Below, one piece after another: positions 53,191-61,600 of a stretch of DNA of 64,000 bases. The DNA is from a bacterium (GTDB lineage: Bacteria; Armatimonadota; Zipacnadia; Zipacnadales; Zipacnadaceae), in contig JAUVXR010000001.1 in NCBI GenBank assembly GCA_030603495.1, positions 4,993 to 68,992 on the forward strand. Reading direction: 5' to 3'. A program made the position numbers and the translations under genes. The notes beneath the pieces are model-generated. The model saw only the letters and a list, made by a program, of their open reading frames with translations, was not told the origin of the DNA and ran no database searches. Positions within the stretch are counted from its first letter, which is position 1. Each line of letters starts with the position of its first letter.

Positions 53191-53631
53191 CATACGGGCG
53201 ATACAAAAGGAGGGACCAGCCCGCTGCGGCGTACTAAAGCTTGTCGATTCCTGCGGGGCCGGTCACCGGGATGCCCGCCAGCGGCCGTAGCACTGCCGTT
53301 ACGTCCCAGGCCCAGGGCCAACTCCTGGCGAACCATTGATCCAGGCGACTGGCCAAAGCGCGTATTCTGCCTGTCATTTTGCGCTTCCTCCTACAATGGA
53401 GTTCCACGCCTTACATTCCTTCTCCTGCACACTTGGGCAAGTCGCATCGGCTCTTGGATAAGCCTCGGGTTACATTTTCGTTAACTCAACAGATTCCCCA
53501 AGATTCTTTGCCGCCGCTGGTGGGCTCTCAGGAGCCGCTGTAGCGATTTGGTCTGAATCTGCACTCATTTGCGCTCGTGTAAAGCCCAAAAAGCCCACTT
53601 GTAATTATGGAAGCGGGAAAACGCAGACGCG

Positions 53632-54234
53632 GTGATCACGATGAATCAGACGGATGGCAATGGACGGTTTAATCTGCCGGAGACGGCACAGATATACGCG
53701 ACCCTAGCGGTGTGCGAGGATACCGAGGAGGCCAGCGAGGTGCTGCAGGCCCAGGGCCTGGAGGTATCACCGCGGCGGCTGGGCTACTATCAGCGGCACG
53801 GCGCGCACCGGATCAAGCAGATGCGCGAGTCGGGGTTGGCGAATCAGTTGGTGGGCCAACAGGCCCGGCATATGAGCCGCATCAAGCGTATGGATCAGTT
53901 TAGCGAGTGGATTGAGCAGCAGATGATGCGCCCAGAAGGGCCCAGTGAACTGCTCGACCGCGAGCGGGCCGCCATAATTCACCGCTATCGGGAGATGATG
54001 GAGACACTTATTCAGTCGGATAGTCCGGAGGGAGCTACAGACCAAGACGAAGAGGTCGAACCACAGTACCAGCAACGGGTCCAGAGGGGCTTGAGCCTGT
54101 TGGAGCTTATCAGTGATGGACAAGAGCCAGACGAGATGTTTGAGCAGCTTATACTCGACGCCACCCGGCGCGTGGCAGCCGCATCTGGCGCAACTTTCCC
54201 ACCATCTGGGGCAGATAAGTCCCCACTGGAATGA
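53632..54234 (+). CDS. putative terminase small subunit (200 aa)
   Basis: Acidic, helix-rich protein immediately upstream of, and overlapping, the large terminase gene. Assignment is by position and composition only. Confidence 0.4.
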   Translation: MITMNQTDGNGRFNLPETAQIYATLAVCEDTEEASEVLQAQGLEVSPRRLGYYQRHGAHRIKQMRESGLANQLVGQQARHMSRIKRMDQFSEWIEQQMMRPEGPSELLDRERAAIIHRYREMMETLIQSDSPEGATDQDEEVEPQYQQRVQRGLSLLELISDGQEPDEMFEQLILDATRRVAAASGATFPPSGADKSPLE

Positions 54235-55717
54235 ACAACTCCAACAATACGAGCAGCCACCCGCGCCTATAGAAGAGTTCATCATCAGTCCGCTTTACCT
54301 GGGCCTGAAAGGTAAGATCTATCCCGGGGTCCTGGAGAGCGTCCAGGCGATCTTTGAAGGCGACTACAACGAGGCGGTGCTGTGCTGGGGCATCGGCGCA
54401 GGCAAATCGTTTCTCTCGTCGCTGTCCATCGCCTATATGCTGCATCGCACGCTGTGCCTGCGCGATCCGCAAGAGCACTTCGGACTGGCGCCGGGAAGTA
54501 CCATCGCCTTCCTCAACATGGCGCCCAGTGCCCAGCAGGCGAGACGCGTAGTCTTCACTGAGATTCGTAACCGGATCGCCAACTCACCGTGGTTTCACAG
54601 TGGCTTTGCCCAGGGCGAAGCCCTGAAGACCGAGCTGCGTTTCCCCAAGAATATCGTGGTGGTGCCGGGCTGCTCGGCAGAGACTTTTCCGCTGGGCTAC
54701 AACGTCCTGGGGGCGGTGGTAGACGAGGCCGCCTGGTTCATCGAGACCGAGGAGGGGAAAGACTACGCCGAAGAGATCTACAACGCCCTGCAGCGGCGTA
54801 TTCGCAGCCGCTTTCTCGATGGCGGGCTGGTTATTCTGATCTCGTCGCCCCGCCACACCGAAGACTTCATCGAAAAGAAGCTGCGCGAGGCCGAAACCAA
54901 TCCCAAGATCTACGCTTCGCGGCAGCCGGTCTGGCAAGTTAAGCCCAAGAGTATATACTGCGGGAAGACCTTTGATTTCCAGGGTATGGAGGTGCCGGTC
55001 GAGTATCAGGCGGATTTTCAGCGCAATCCCCAGCGCGCGCTGCGTGATATCGCCGCCCGGCCCACCGACGCGCTGGAGGCCTTCTTCACCGATCCGCAGG
55101 CCACTGAAGCGGCGTGCGATGCGACGTTGCCACCTGCGCTCGACGAGATGGGCCGCTGGCGGGCGGACTTCCAGGCTCCCGACAAGCTGCCCCGGCACGT
55201 CCACATTGATCTGGGAATCAGTCGGGACGCATGTGGGATCGCCGCCGCTTATTGTCGCTCAGCGCTGGACAATCCTGATGAGCCAGAGGTAGTGGTCGAA
55301 CTGGCCTGGCAGCTGAAGGCACCCGAGGGCGGCGAGGTGGATCTGAGCCGCGTGCGCCAGCTCGTCGTGGACCTGCGCCGCCGGGGCTTCAATATCGCCC
55401 AGGTCAGCTACGACGGCTTCCAGTCGGTTGACTCGCGACAGATCCTGCAGCGCCAGGGCTTCCAGACAAAGCTCGTATCCGTGGACCGCGACCTGGCTGC
55501 CTACGAGACGCTCAAGGAGCTGATCAATACCGGTCGCCTGCGTATGCCGCTGTACGAGCCGCTGCTGCGCGAGCTGCGCAGTCTGGAGCTGGTGCGCGGG
55601 CGGAAGGTGGACCACCCGCCCAGAGGCTCAAAAGACTGTAGCGACGCGGTCGCCGGGGCCGTCAGCGAAGCGGTCCGCGCCTGGGGCGGCGGCGAGATAA
55701 CAGGGCATGTGGTGTGA
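54113..55717 (+). CDS. phage terminase large subunit
   Basis: Walker A is LCWGIGAGKSF and Walker B is AVVDEAAWF. A C-terminal nuclease-like half has acidic residues. The ORF-track start overlaps the upstream gene by 120 nt, so the true start is likely further downstream. Confidence 0.8.
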   Translation: MMDKSQTRCLSSLYSTPPGAWQPHLAQLSHHLGQISPHWNEQLQQYEQPPAPIEEFIISPLYLGLKGKIYPGVLESVQAIFEGDYNEAVLCWGIGAGKSFLSSLSIAYMLHRTLCLRDPQEHFGLAPGSTIAFLNMAPSAQQARRVVFTEIRNRIANSPWFHSGFAQGEALKTELRFPKNIVVVPGCSAETFPLGYNVLGAVVDEAAWFIETEEGKDYAEEIYNALQRRIRSRFLDGGLVILISSPRHTEDFIEKKLREAETNPKIYASRQPVWQVKPKSIYCGKTFDFQGMEVPVEYQADFQRNPQRALRDIAARPTDALEAFFTDPQATEAACDATLPPALDEMGRWRADFQAPDKLPRHVHIDLGISRDACGIAAAYCRSALDNPDEPEVVVELAWQLKAPEGGEVDLSRVRQLVVDLRRRGFNIAQVSYDGFQSVDSRQILQRQGFQTKLVSVDRDLAAYETLKELINTGRLRMPLYEPLLRELRSLELVRGRKVDHPPRGSKDCSDAVAGAVSEAVRAWGGGEITGHVV

Positions 55718-55870
55718 GCGGAGCAGCCAGGACTCAGAACACAGGAGTCGGAATACGCAACACACGGCGATGGTAGTTAGGTCCAGAACAGCCGTGGCCT
55801 GGACTGATGAGAACGGGGTGGGCGGCTACAAAGCCGGCGATCACGGCTTTCACAAAGGAGAACTTCAAGC

Positions 55871-57112
55871 ATGTCAGAGGCGTTGATTAAGGCTTATGTG
55901 GTCGGGAATGAGGCGCGGCCTGGGGAGAGTAAGCAGCTCCCGCAGTCACCGTGGCACGAGGACTACGTCAACGGGCAGGCCGTCGAGCCGCCGTACGATC
56001 TGGACGCGCTGGCCGAGCTCTATGAGACCAATGCCGCGCACAAGGCCTGCGTGGACGCCAAGGTGGTCAACTGCGTGGGACTGGGCCACCGGTTCGTACC
56101 TACCACCAGCCAGCCAGACCAGGTCTCCCCGGCTAACCTGGCGCTGCTCGAGCACCTGTTTGCCAACTGCAATCTGCAGATGACCTTCACCGAGGTGATG
56201 CGGGCAGTCTGGACCGACGTGGAGTGCCTGGGGAACGGCTACGTGGAAGTGACGCGCAATAGCCTGGGCAGCATTGACGGCTTCTACCACGTGCTGGCCA
56301 CCACGATGCGGATCAAGCCCAACGGGGAGGGCTTCGTGCAGCTCCGGGGCACCCAGAAGTGCCACTTCCAGCCCCTGGGCACCGACGCGAGCGAAGACCC
56401 CCTCACCGGCGAGACCCAGAACGAGATCATCCATTTCAAAAAATATACCCCGCAGTCGGGCCTATACGGTATCCCCGACATCGTTGCCGCCCTGGCGGCG
56501 GCGGCCGGTGACAAGGCCGCGCGTGAATACAACATTGACTTCTTCGAGCACAATGCCGTCCCGCGCATGGCGATAGTCGTCGAGGGCGGACAGCTTTCCA
56601 AAGAACTGCTCTGGCAGATCCAGAACTACATGGAGACCGAGATCAAGGGGCATGGCCACAAGACGCTGGTTCTGGACGTGCCGGGCAACGATGTGAAGGT
56701 GCGCATCGAGCCGCTGACGGTGGGGCGGCAGGACGAGGCCTCGTTCCTGGACTACCGCAAGGCCAACCGCGACGAGATCCTGATGGTCCACCGCGTCCCG
56801 CCAAGCAAGATCACCATCGTCGAGAATGCCAACCTGGCCAACTCCCGGGACCAGGATAAGACCTTCCGCGAGCAGGTCATCCGCCCCGAGCAGCGTCGGA
56901 TTGAGTACCAGATCAACCGGATGATCCGCGAGCAGATGGGCATCGGCGACTGGGAGTTCACCTTCCGCGAGGCCGACCTGGGCGAGGAGCGCGAGCACGC
57001 GGAGATTGCCCGCATCTACGCCGATTTGGGCGCCTGGACAGTGGACGAAATCCGCCAGCGCCAAGGCCTCTCGCCGTTAGTAGAAGCTGGCCACGAGGTC
57101 GAGGCTGAGTAG
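55871..57112 (+). CDS. phage portal protein (HK97-family-like)
   Basis: 413 aa, directly after the large terminase. Composition and length fit HK97-type portals. The order terminase-portal-protease-capsid is canonical. Confidence 0.6.
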   Translation: MSEALIKAYVVGNEARPGESKQLPQSPWHEDYVNGQAVEPPYDLDALAELYETNAAHKACVDAKVVNCVGLGHRFVPTTSQPDQVSPANLALLEHLFANCNLQMTFTEVMRAVWTDVECLGNGYVEVTRNSLGSIDGFYHVLATTMRIKPNGEGFVQLRGTQKCHFQPLGTDASEDPLTGETQNEIIHFKKYTPQSGLYGIPDIVAALAAAAGDKAAREYNIDFFEHNAVPRMAIVVEGGQLSKELLWQIQNYMETEIKGHGHKTLVLDVPGNDVKVRIEPLTVGRQDEASFLDYRKANRDEILMVHRVPPSKITIVENANLANSRDQDKTFREQVIRPEQRRIEYQINRMIREQMGIGDWEFTFREADLGEEREHAEIARIYADLGAWTVDEIRQRQGLSPLVEAGHEVEAE

Positions 57113-58176
57113 TGAAGGCACTGCTCGTCGGCCAACTTGGCCTGGGTGGTGCAGAGACACAGATCGAAGCGACGGCAAGACAATTAAGACAGCTTGGCCT
57201 GAGGATTGATGTCACGGCTGAAGACCGGCCAGACTGTCAGGGCTATGACGTGCTGCATGTCTTCAATGCGCCGGATCCGAGGCTGACGCTACGACGGATC
57301 GAGGCAGGCAAACGCCGAGGCGTGCCGGTTGCGCTCTCGACGATCTACTGGAGCGGGTACGAGCTGTATATGCAGTGGGCGAAACGCGGCTGGCGCACTG
57401 CCGAAGAGCAGGCGTTTCACTGGAACGAGCGCAAGCAGCGGCTCAGGCCCGTATTCGCCGATGCGGATATGTGGCTGCCGAATTCGCACGCCGAATACGG
57501 AATGCTGGTCGCCGACTTCGGCGTCAGCCGGCTGTACCGGGCGGTGCCCAATGCGGTAGATGCTGGCTTTGCACAGCTTGCTGAGCCGGTAGGACAGGCG
57601 TCTCGCCTGTCCATCTGCCCGACAGGCGGGACGCCTGTCGTACCGAAACTCAACCCTCCCGAATCCGACGTCCTGATGGTCGGGCGCTGGGAACTGCGCA
57701 AGAATCAGTTGGGGCTGCTGGAGGCGCTGGCGGATACTGATTACCAAATCCTAATAATCGGTGGCGAGAACAGCCACGACCGCGAGCACAATCAGGCGGC
57801 GCACAGCCTGGCCCAGCAGCGTGGCAATGTGCAGATACTGCCGGCGACGACGGACCGCGTCTTCCTGGCCAACTTGATGAGGAATACCAAGGTGCTGGCC
57901 CAGCCTAGCTTCTACGAGACGCCCGGGCTGGCGGCACTGGAGGCCGCAGCATGCGGCGCAGCAGTCGTAGTATCTGAGCGAGGCTGCACGCGGGAGTACT
58001 TCGGCGACGAGGCGTATTACTGCGATCCAATAGATGCTGACAGCATTCGTCGAGCCGTTGAGGCAGCCTTGACCAGCCGCCCATCCGCAGCGCTCAAAGA
58101 GCGCATCAGGCGAGAGTTTACCTGGCGGCGAGCCGCAGAAGAGACAAGACTAGCCTACGAACGACTGCTGGCATGA
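57112..58176 (+). CDS. glycosyltransferase, GT-B fold (GT4-like)
   Basis: The C-terminal motif is FYETPGLAALEAAACGAAVVVSERG (E-x7-E-like donor-binding signature of GT4). Its start is coupled to the portal stop (ATGA... at 57112). Confidence 0.7.
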   Translation: MKALLVGQLGLGGAETQIEATARQLRQLGLRIDVTAEDRPDCQGYDVLHVFNAPDPRLTLRRIEAGKRRGVPVALSTIYWSGYELYMQWAKRGWRTAEEQAFHWNERKQRLRPVFADADMWLPNSHAEYGMLVADFGVSRLYRAVPNAVDAGFAQLAEPVGQASRLSICPTGGTPVVPKLNPPESDVLMVGRWELRKNQLGLLEALADTDYQILIIGGENSHDREHNQAAHSLAQQRGNVQILPATTDRVFLANLMRNTKVLAQPSFYETPGLAALEAAACGAAVVVSERGCTREYFGDEAYYCDPIDADSIRRAVEAALTSRPSAALKERIRREFTWRRAAEETRLAYERLLA

Positions 58177-58392
58177 GTATCGCTACATCTCGGAGGTCGG
58201 CCAGGGCGCAGACGATTTCCTCGGCCACGCACCCGAATACCTCGGCGGCGAGGCGGATGTGTGGTGGGCGATTAGATAGACCACGGACAATCAAAGGGGC
58301 ACAGGCTGGAAGCCTGTGCCACCGGTAAGGCATTCCCATTCCGAGGCCGCAGATCATTCTGCGGCCTCTTTGTTTGCCAAGGAGGTGAGCAG

Positions 58393-59265
58393 GTGAGTGA
58401 GGTGAGTCAGGAGAGTAAGTTCGCGGTGACGCTGCCGCTGGTTAAGGCCTGGCAGGACGAGCAGGGGCAGATGTGGGTCGAAGGGGTGGCCTCCTCGACC
58501 AGCCTGGACCGCCAGCGCGAGCGCATGACCAGAAAGGCCATCGCCAAGATGCAGCAGTACCAGGGCATTGATCTCTTGCCCAGCCATCAGGCCGGGCCCC
58601 TGGAGGAGTTAGGGACGGTCGAGCAGTGCTGGGCGGATAACGACAGCTTCCGGCTGAAGGCGCGATTGGATGAGAGCAGCCCGCAGGCTATGCGGCTGTT
58701 CAAGCGCCTGGCCGAGGGCCGCCAGTACAGCCTGAGCGTGGGCGGGCGTGTGACGGGGGCGTACTGGGACTTTGACCCGGAGGCCGGCGCGCGCATCCGG
58801 CATATTGACGACGTCACGCTGGATCACGTGGCGGTATGCCGGCCGCAGCAGGCAGCCAATCCCGATACCTACCTGGCGGCGCTGGCCAAGGCAGCCGAGC
58901 TGGTCACAGAAGATAGCCCGCCGCAAGCTGCCGACGACAACGAGGACCTCATCCGCCGACTGGGGCAGACGGCGCTGGAGGCCTGCCGACGGCTGTGGCC
59001 CTTCGGCAAGAGCACGACGGAAGCCGAGGTCAGGGCCGAACCGCAGGAGCCCGGAGAGCTGGAGACCCTGCGCGCGGAAGTGACCATGCTGCGCAAACAG
59101 CGAGCGGAAATGACTGTCAAGACGGCGCCCGCCGCCCCACAGCCAGACAGTGGATCGGCGGACCGAGACGTAACCGAACCGGAACCGGGCCGGCGGCAAT
59201 CGCTGGTTGCCGAGCAGCGCCCGGGGACAGATAAGCAACGCAACTTCTGGAAAGGAGTGCTTTAG
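58393..59265 (+). CDS. HK97-family prohead protease with C-terminal scaffold-like charged/coiled region
   Basis: The N-terminal KFAVTLPLVKAWQDEQGQMWVEGVASSTSLDRQRERMTRKAI resembles the conserved block of Peptidase_S78/U35 prohead proteases. The C-terminal half is E/R/A-rich. It sits immediately upstream of the capsid gene. Confidence 0.6.
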   Translation: MSEVSQESKFAVTLPLVKAWQDEQGQMWVEGVASSTSLDRQRERMTRKAIAKMQQYQGIDLLPSHQAGPLEELGTVEQCWADNDSFRLKARLDESSPQAMRLFKRLAEGRQYSLSVGGRVTGAYWDFDPEAGARIRHIDDVTLDHVAVCRPQQAANPDTYLAALAKAAELVTEDSPPQAADDNEDLIRRLGQTALEACRRLWPFGKSTTEAEVRAEPQEPGELETLRAEVTMLRKQRAEMTVKTAPAAPQPDSGSADRDVTEPEPGRRQSLVAEQRPGTDKQRNFWKGVL

Positions 59266-60210
59266 ATGGGAAACGACGAGATGCTGGAAAAGGCAATTGA
59301 CACCTCCGACATCGCCGACGGCGGCTTGCTGAATACCCAGCAGGCAAACAAGTACATCGAGATGACGGTAGACAACTCCGTCATGCTCAAAGAGGCGCGC
59401 GTGGTGCGGATGCGCGGGCCGGCGCAGGAACTGGACAAGATCGCCACGACCGGGCGCGTCAGCCAGCTCAAGACCGAGGGCGTAGCCCCCGAGACGCTGG
59501 CCGAGCCGGCCTTCGATAAGGTGAACCTCAGCTCCGTGGAGATCATCACCCCCTTTGAGATCACCTTCGAGGCGCTGGAAGACACCATCGAGCGGGGTAA
59601 CTTCGAGGATACGGTAATCTCGGTAATGGCCAAGCAGACCGCTACCGACCTCGAGGAGCTCGCGGCGCTGGGCGATGATGAGTCGGGCGATACCTATCTC
59701 GCCGGTCTAGACGGCTGGCGCGTGCTGGCCGATGACGGCCACATCGTGGACTTCGAGGGCGCGACGCTTGATCGCGCCGGCCTGTCGGCGATGTACCGGG
59801 CCCTGCCAGATGCGTACAAGCGCAATCACAGCGATCTGCGCTACTACTTCGCGCCCGCCGCAGTCCAGGACTGGAACGACACCTTCGCCGACCGGCCCAC
59901 CGCCGCCGGCGATGTCGCCCTCACGGGCGGCGTGGCGCCTCCGTATATGGGCGTGCCGCTGGTGTCGGTGCCGGTAATCCCGACCAACCTGGAAGGGATC
60001 TCGGGCTACGCGAGCGGCCCGAAGCTCAGCTTCGGTCTGCTCACACTGCGCGATAACCTGATCTTCGGCATCCAGCGCCAGGTCAGGATTGACCGCGACA
60101 AGGACATCCTGCGCGGAGTGAATATCTACGTCATCTCCACGCGGATCGCTGTAGCCTATGAAGAGAGCGACGCCGTGGTAGTCGGCATCAATCTGGGTCT
60201 GACTGCTTAA
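59266..60210 (+). CDS. major capsid protein (HK97-fold-like)
   Basis: 314 aa, directly after the protease/scaffold gene. Length and composition fit HK97-like MCPs. The call rests mainly on gene order. Confidence 0.55.
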   Translation: MGNDEMLEKAIDTSDIADGGLLNTQQANKYIEMTVDNSVMLKEARVVRMRGPAQELDKIATTGRVSQLKTEGVAPETLAEPAFDKVNLSSVEIITPFEITFEALEDTIERGNFEDTVISVMAKQTATDLEELAALGDDESGDTYLAGLDGWRVLADDGHIVDFEGATLDRAGLSAMYRALPDAYKRNHSDLRYYFAPAAVQDWNDTFADRPTAAGDVALTGGVAPPYMGVPLVSVPVIPTNLEGISGYASGPKLSFGLLTLRDNLIFGIQRQVRIDRDKDILRGVNIYVISTRIAVAYEESDAVVVGINLGLTA

Positions 60211-60225
60211 GCGAACGGCTGACGG

Positions 60226-61485
60226 ATGTTACGGGGAACCCCTCTTTTCCAAAAGAGCGGTTCCCCGCACCCCTTCCGCAGAAAATTCTGCCAGCAAACA
60301 GCAGGCGGATGTTGGTACCGCAACATTCGTCCCTACGGACGGCCACAGGACAGTTTCAGGATGATAGCAACCTTGCGACGGGGGCGCAGCCTGCGCCTGC
60401 ACCGAGCCGGGGTGACATTGCACCGCGATGAGCCTCAACAGTTGACTCGAGTTACGGACTATGTCTACGCCGCAGCAGCGCACAAACAGCGCCTGGAACT
60501 GGAACCGACGCCGGTTATGATGGCAATGCAGCGTGAAGGCCAGCACCGGCGCGTAGCCCCATGGCAAGTCGGAGATATGAAGCGAAGCGGCTGGAAGATA
60601 CAGCCGCTGGAAAAGGCGTTGCGTCCGGGCGCACAGGTTCTGGTGATTCGCAATATGGGCCTGGGCGACGTGCTGATGCTCACTCCCGCGTTACGTGCGC
60701 TGCACGAGCAGCGGCGCGTGCGGGTGCAGCTAGCGACCTACGCCTGTTACCTGCCACTGCTGTGGGGGCTGGACTGGATTGAAGCGACCTACGCGCTGGG
60801 CACCGACTACCACGTTGAGCGGTTTGACGCGGTAGTAGACCTGAACTGGGCGGTGGAAAGCGGCAAGCAGGTCGAACAGCGCCCTCGCCAGGATATCTTC
60901 GCCGAACGACTAGGGGTAAGCCTGCGCCAGCGGTGCCCTTTCTATCAAGTAGCCAGAAGCGAACGGCAGTGGGCGCAGCGACAGCTCGTGCCGTGGCGCC
61001 GCCCTATAGTGGGCATACAGCTCCACGCAAGCTGCGCGCAACGGTCCTACCCGGCTAGGCATATCTTACGTCTGACCGAACTGCTCCAGGCCAAGGGCTG
61101 CACCGTGGCCTTCTACGGCGAGCGATGGAGTGAGAAACTGCCCAGCGGGGTGATTGATCTGATCGGCGCTGCTAGCCTGCGCCAAGCCGCCGCGCTGATC
61201 GAACAGATGGCGGCGATGGTCTGCCCGGACAGCGGCCTGCTGCACTTGGCCGTGGCGGTAGGGACGCCCACGGTAGGCCTATTCGGTCCGATTCCGCCGG
61301 AGTTACGCACCGTCGGCTACCCGCAGTGCACAACCGTCAGCGTACCCGGCGCATGTCCGGACCAGCCGTGTTTCGACGCCGGGGCCAGCAGCTGCCGGCG
61401 CTGCCGGTGCATGGGAGCCATTAAGCCCGAGGCAGTAGTAGCGGCGGCCCAGATGCTGGTAGCGGAGCGGGCACAGCGGCCTTGA
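60226..61485 (+). CDS. glycosyltransferase family 9 (ADP-heptose:LPS heptosyltransferase-like)
   Basis: VLVIRNMGLGDVLMLTPALRALHE matches the N-terminal signature of GT9 heptosyltransferases (ilvir..alGDvll.tPal..Lk). The C-terminus has GLLHLAVAVGTPTVGLFGP (sshLAaAlg.P.v.lfG). Confidence 0.7.
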   Translation: MLRGTPLFQKSGSPHPFRRKFCQQTAGGCWYRNIRPYGRPQDSFRMIATLRRGRSLRLHRAGVTLHRDEPQQLTRVTDYVYAAAAHKQRLELEPTPVMMAMQREGQHRRVAPWQVGDMKRSGWKIQPLEKALRPGAQVLVIRNMGLGDVLMLTPALRALHEQRRVRVQLATYACYLPLLWGLDWIEATYALGTDYHVERFDAVVDLNWAVESGKQVEQRPRQDIFAERLGVSLRQRCPFYQVARSERQWAQRQLVPWRRPIVGIQLHASCAQRSYPARHILRLTELLQAKGCTVAFYGERWSEKLPSGVIDLIGAASLRQAAALIEQMAAMVCPDSGLLHLAVAVGTPTVGLFGPIPPELRTVGYPQCTTVSVPGACPDQPCFDAGASSCRRCRCMGAIKPEAVVAAAQMLVAERAQRP

Positions 61486-61600
61486 ACTGCTGTGGGAGGG
61501 CCACCCGTGGCGCGACCACACTTGCGGCAGTTATGCCCGGCAGGGGACCAGATATCGTTGCTACGGTACGGCACAGCATACAATAGGAGTGTTGAACACT

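Noticed and set aside
54113-54234. 120-nt overlap between the small terminase and the large terminase ORF as a programmed-frameshift candidate
   Set aside because: The overlap most likely just reflects the ORF caller taking the first in-frame ATG. A later, possibly non-ATG, start for the large terminase is simpler, and no slippery heptamer was identified.
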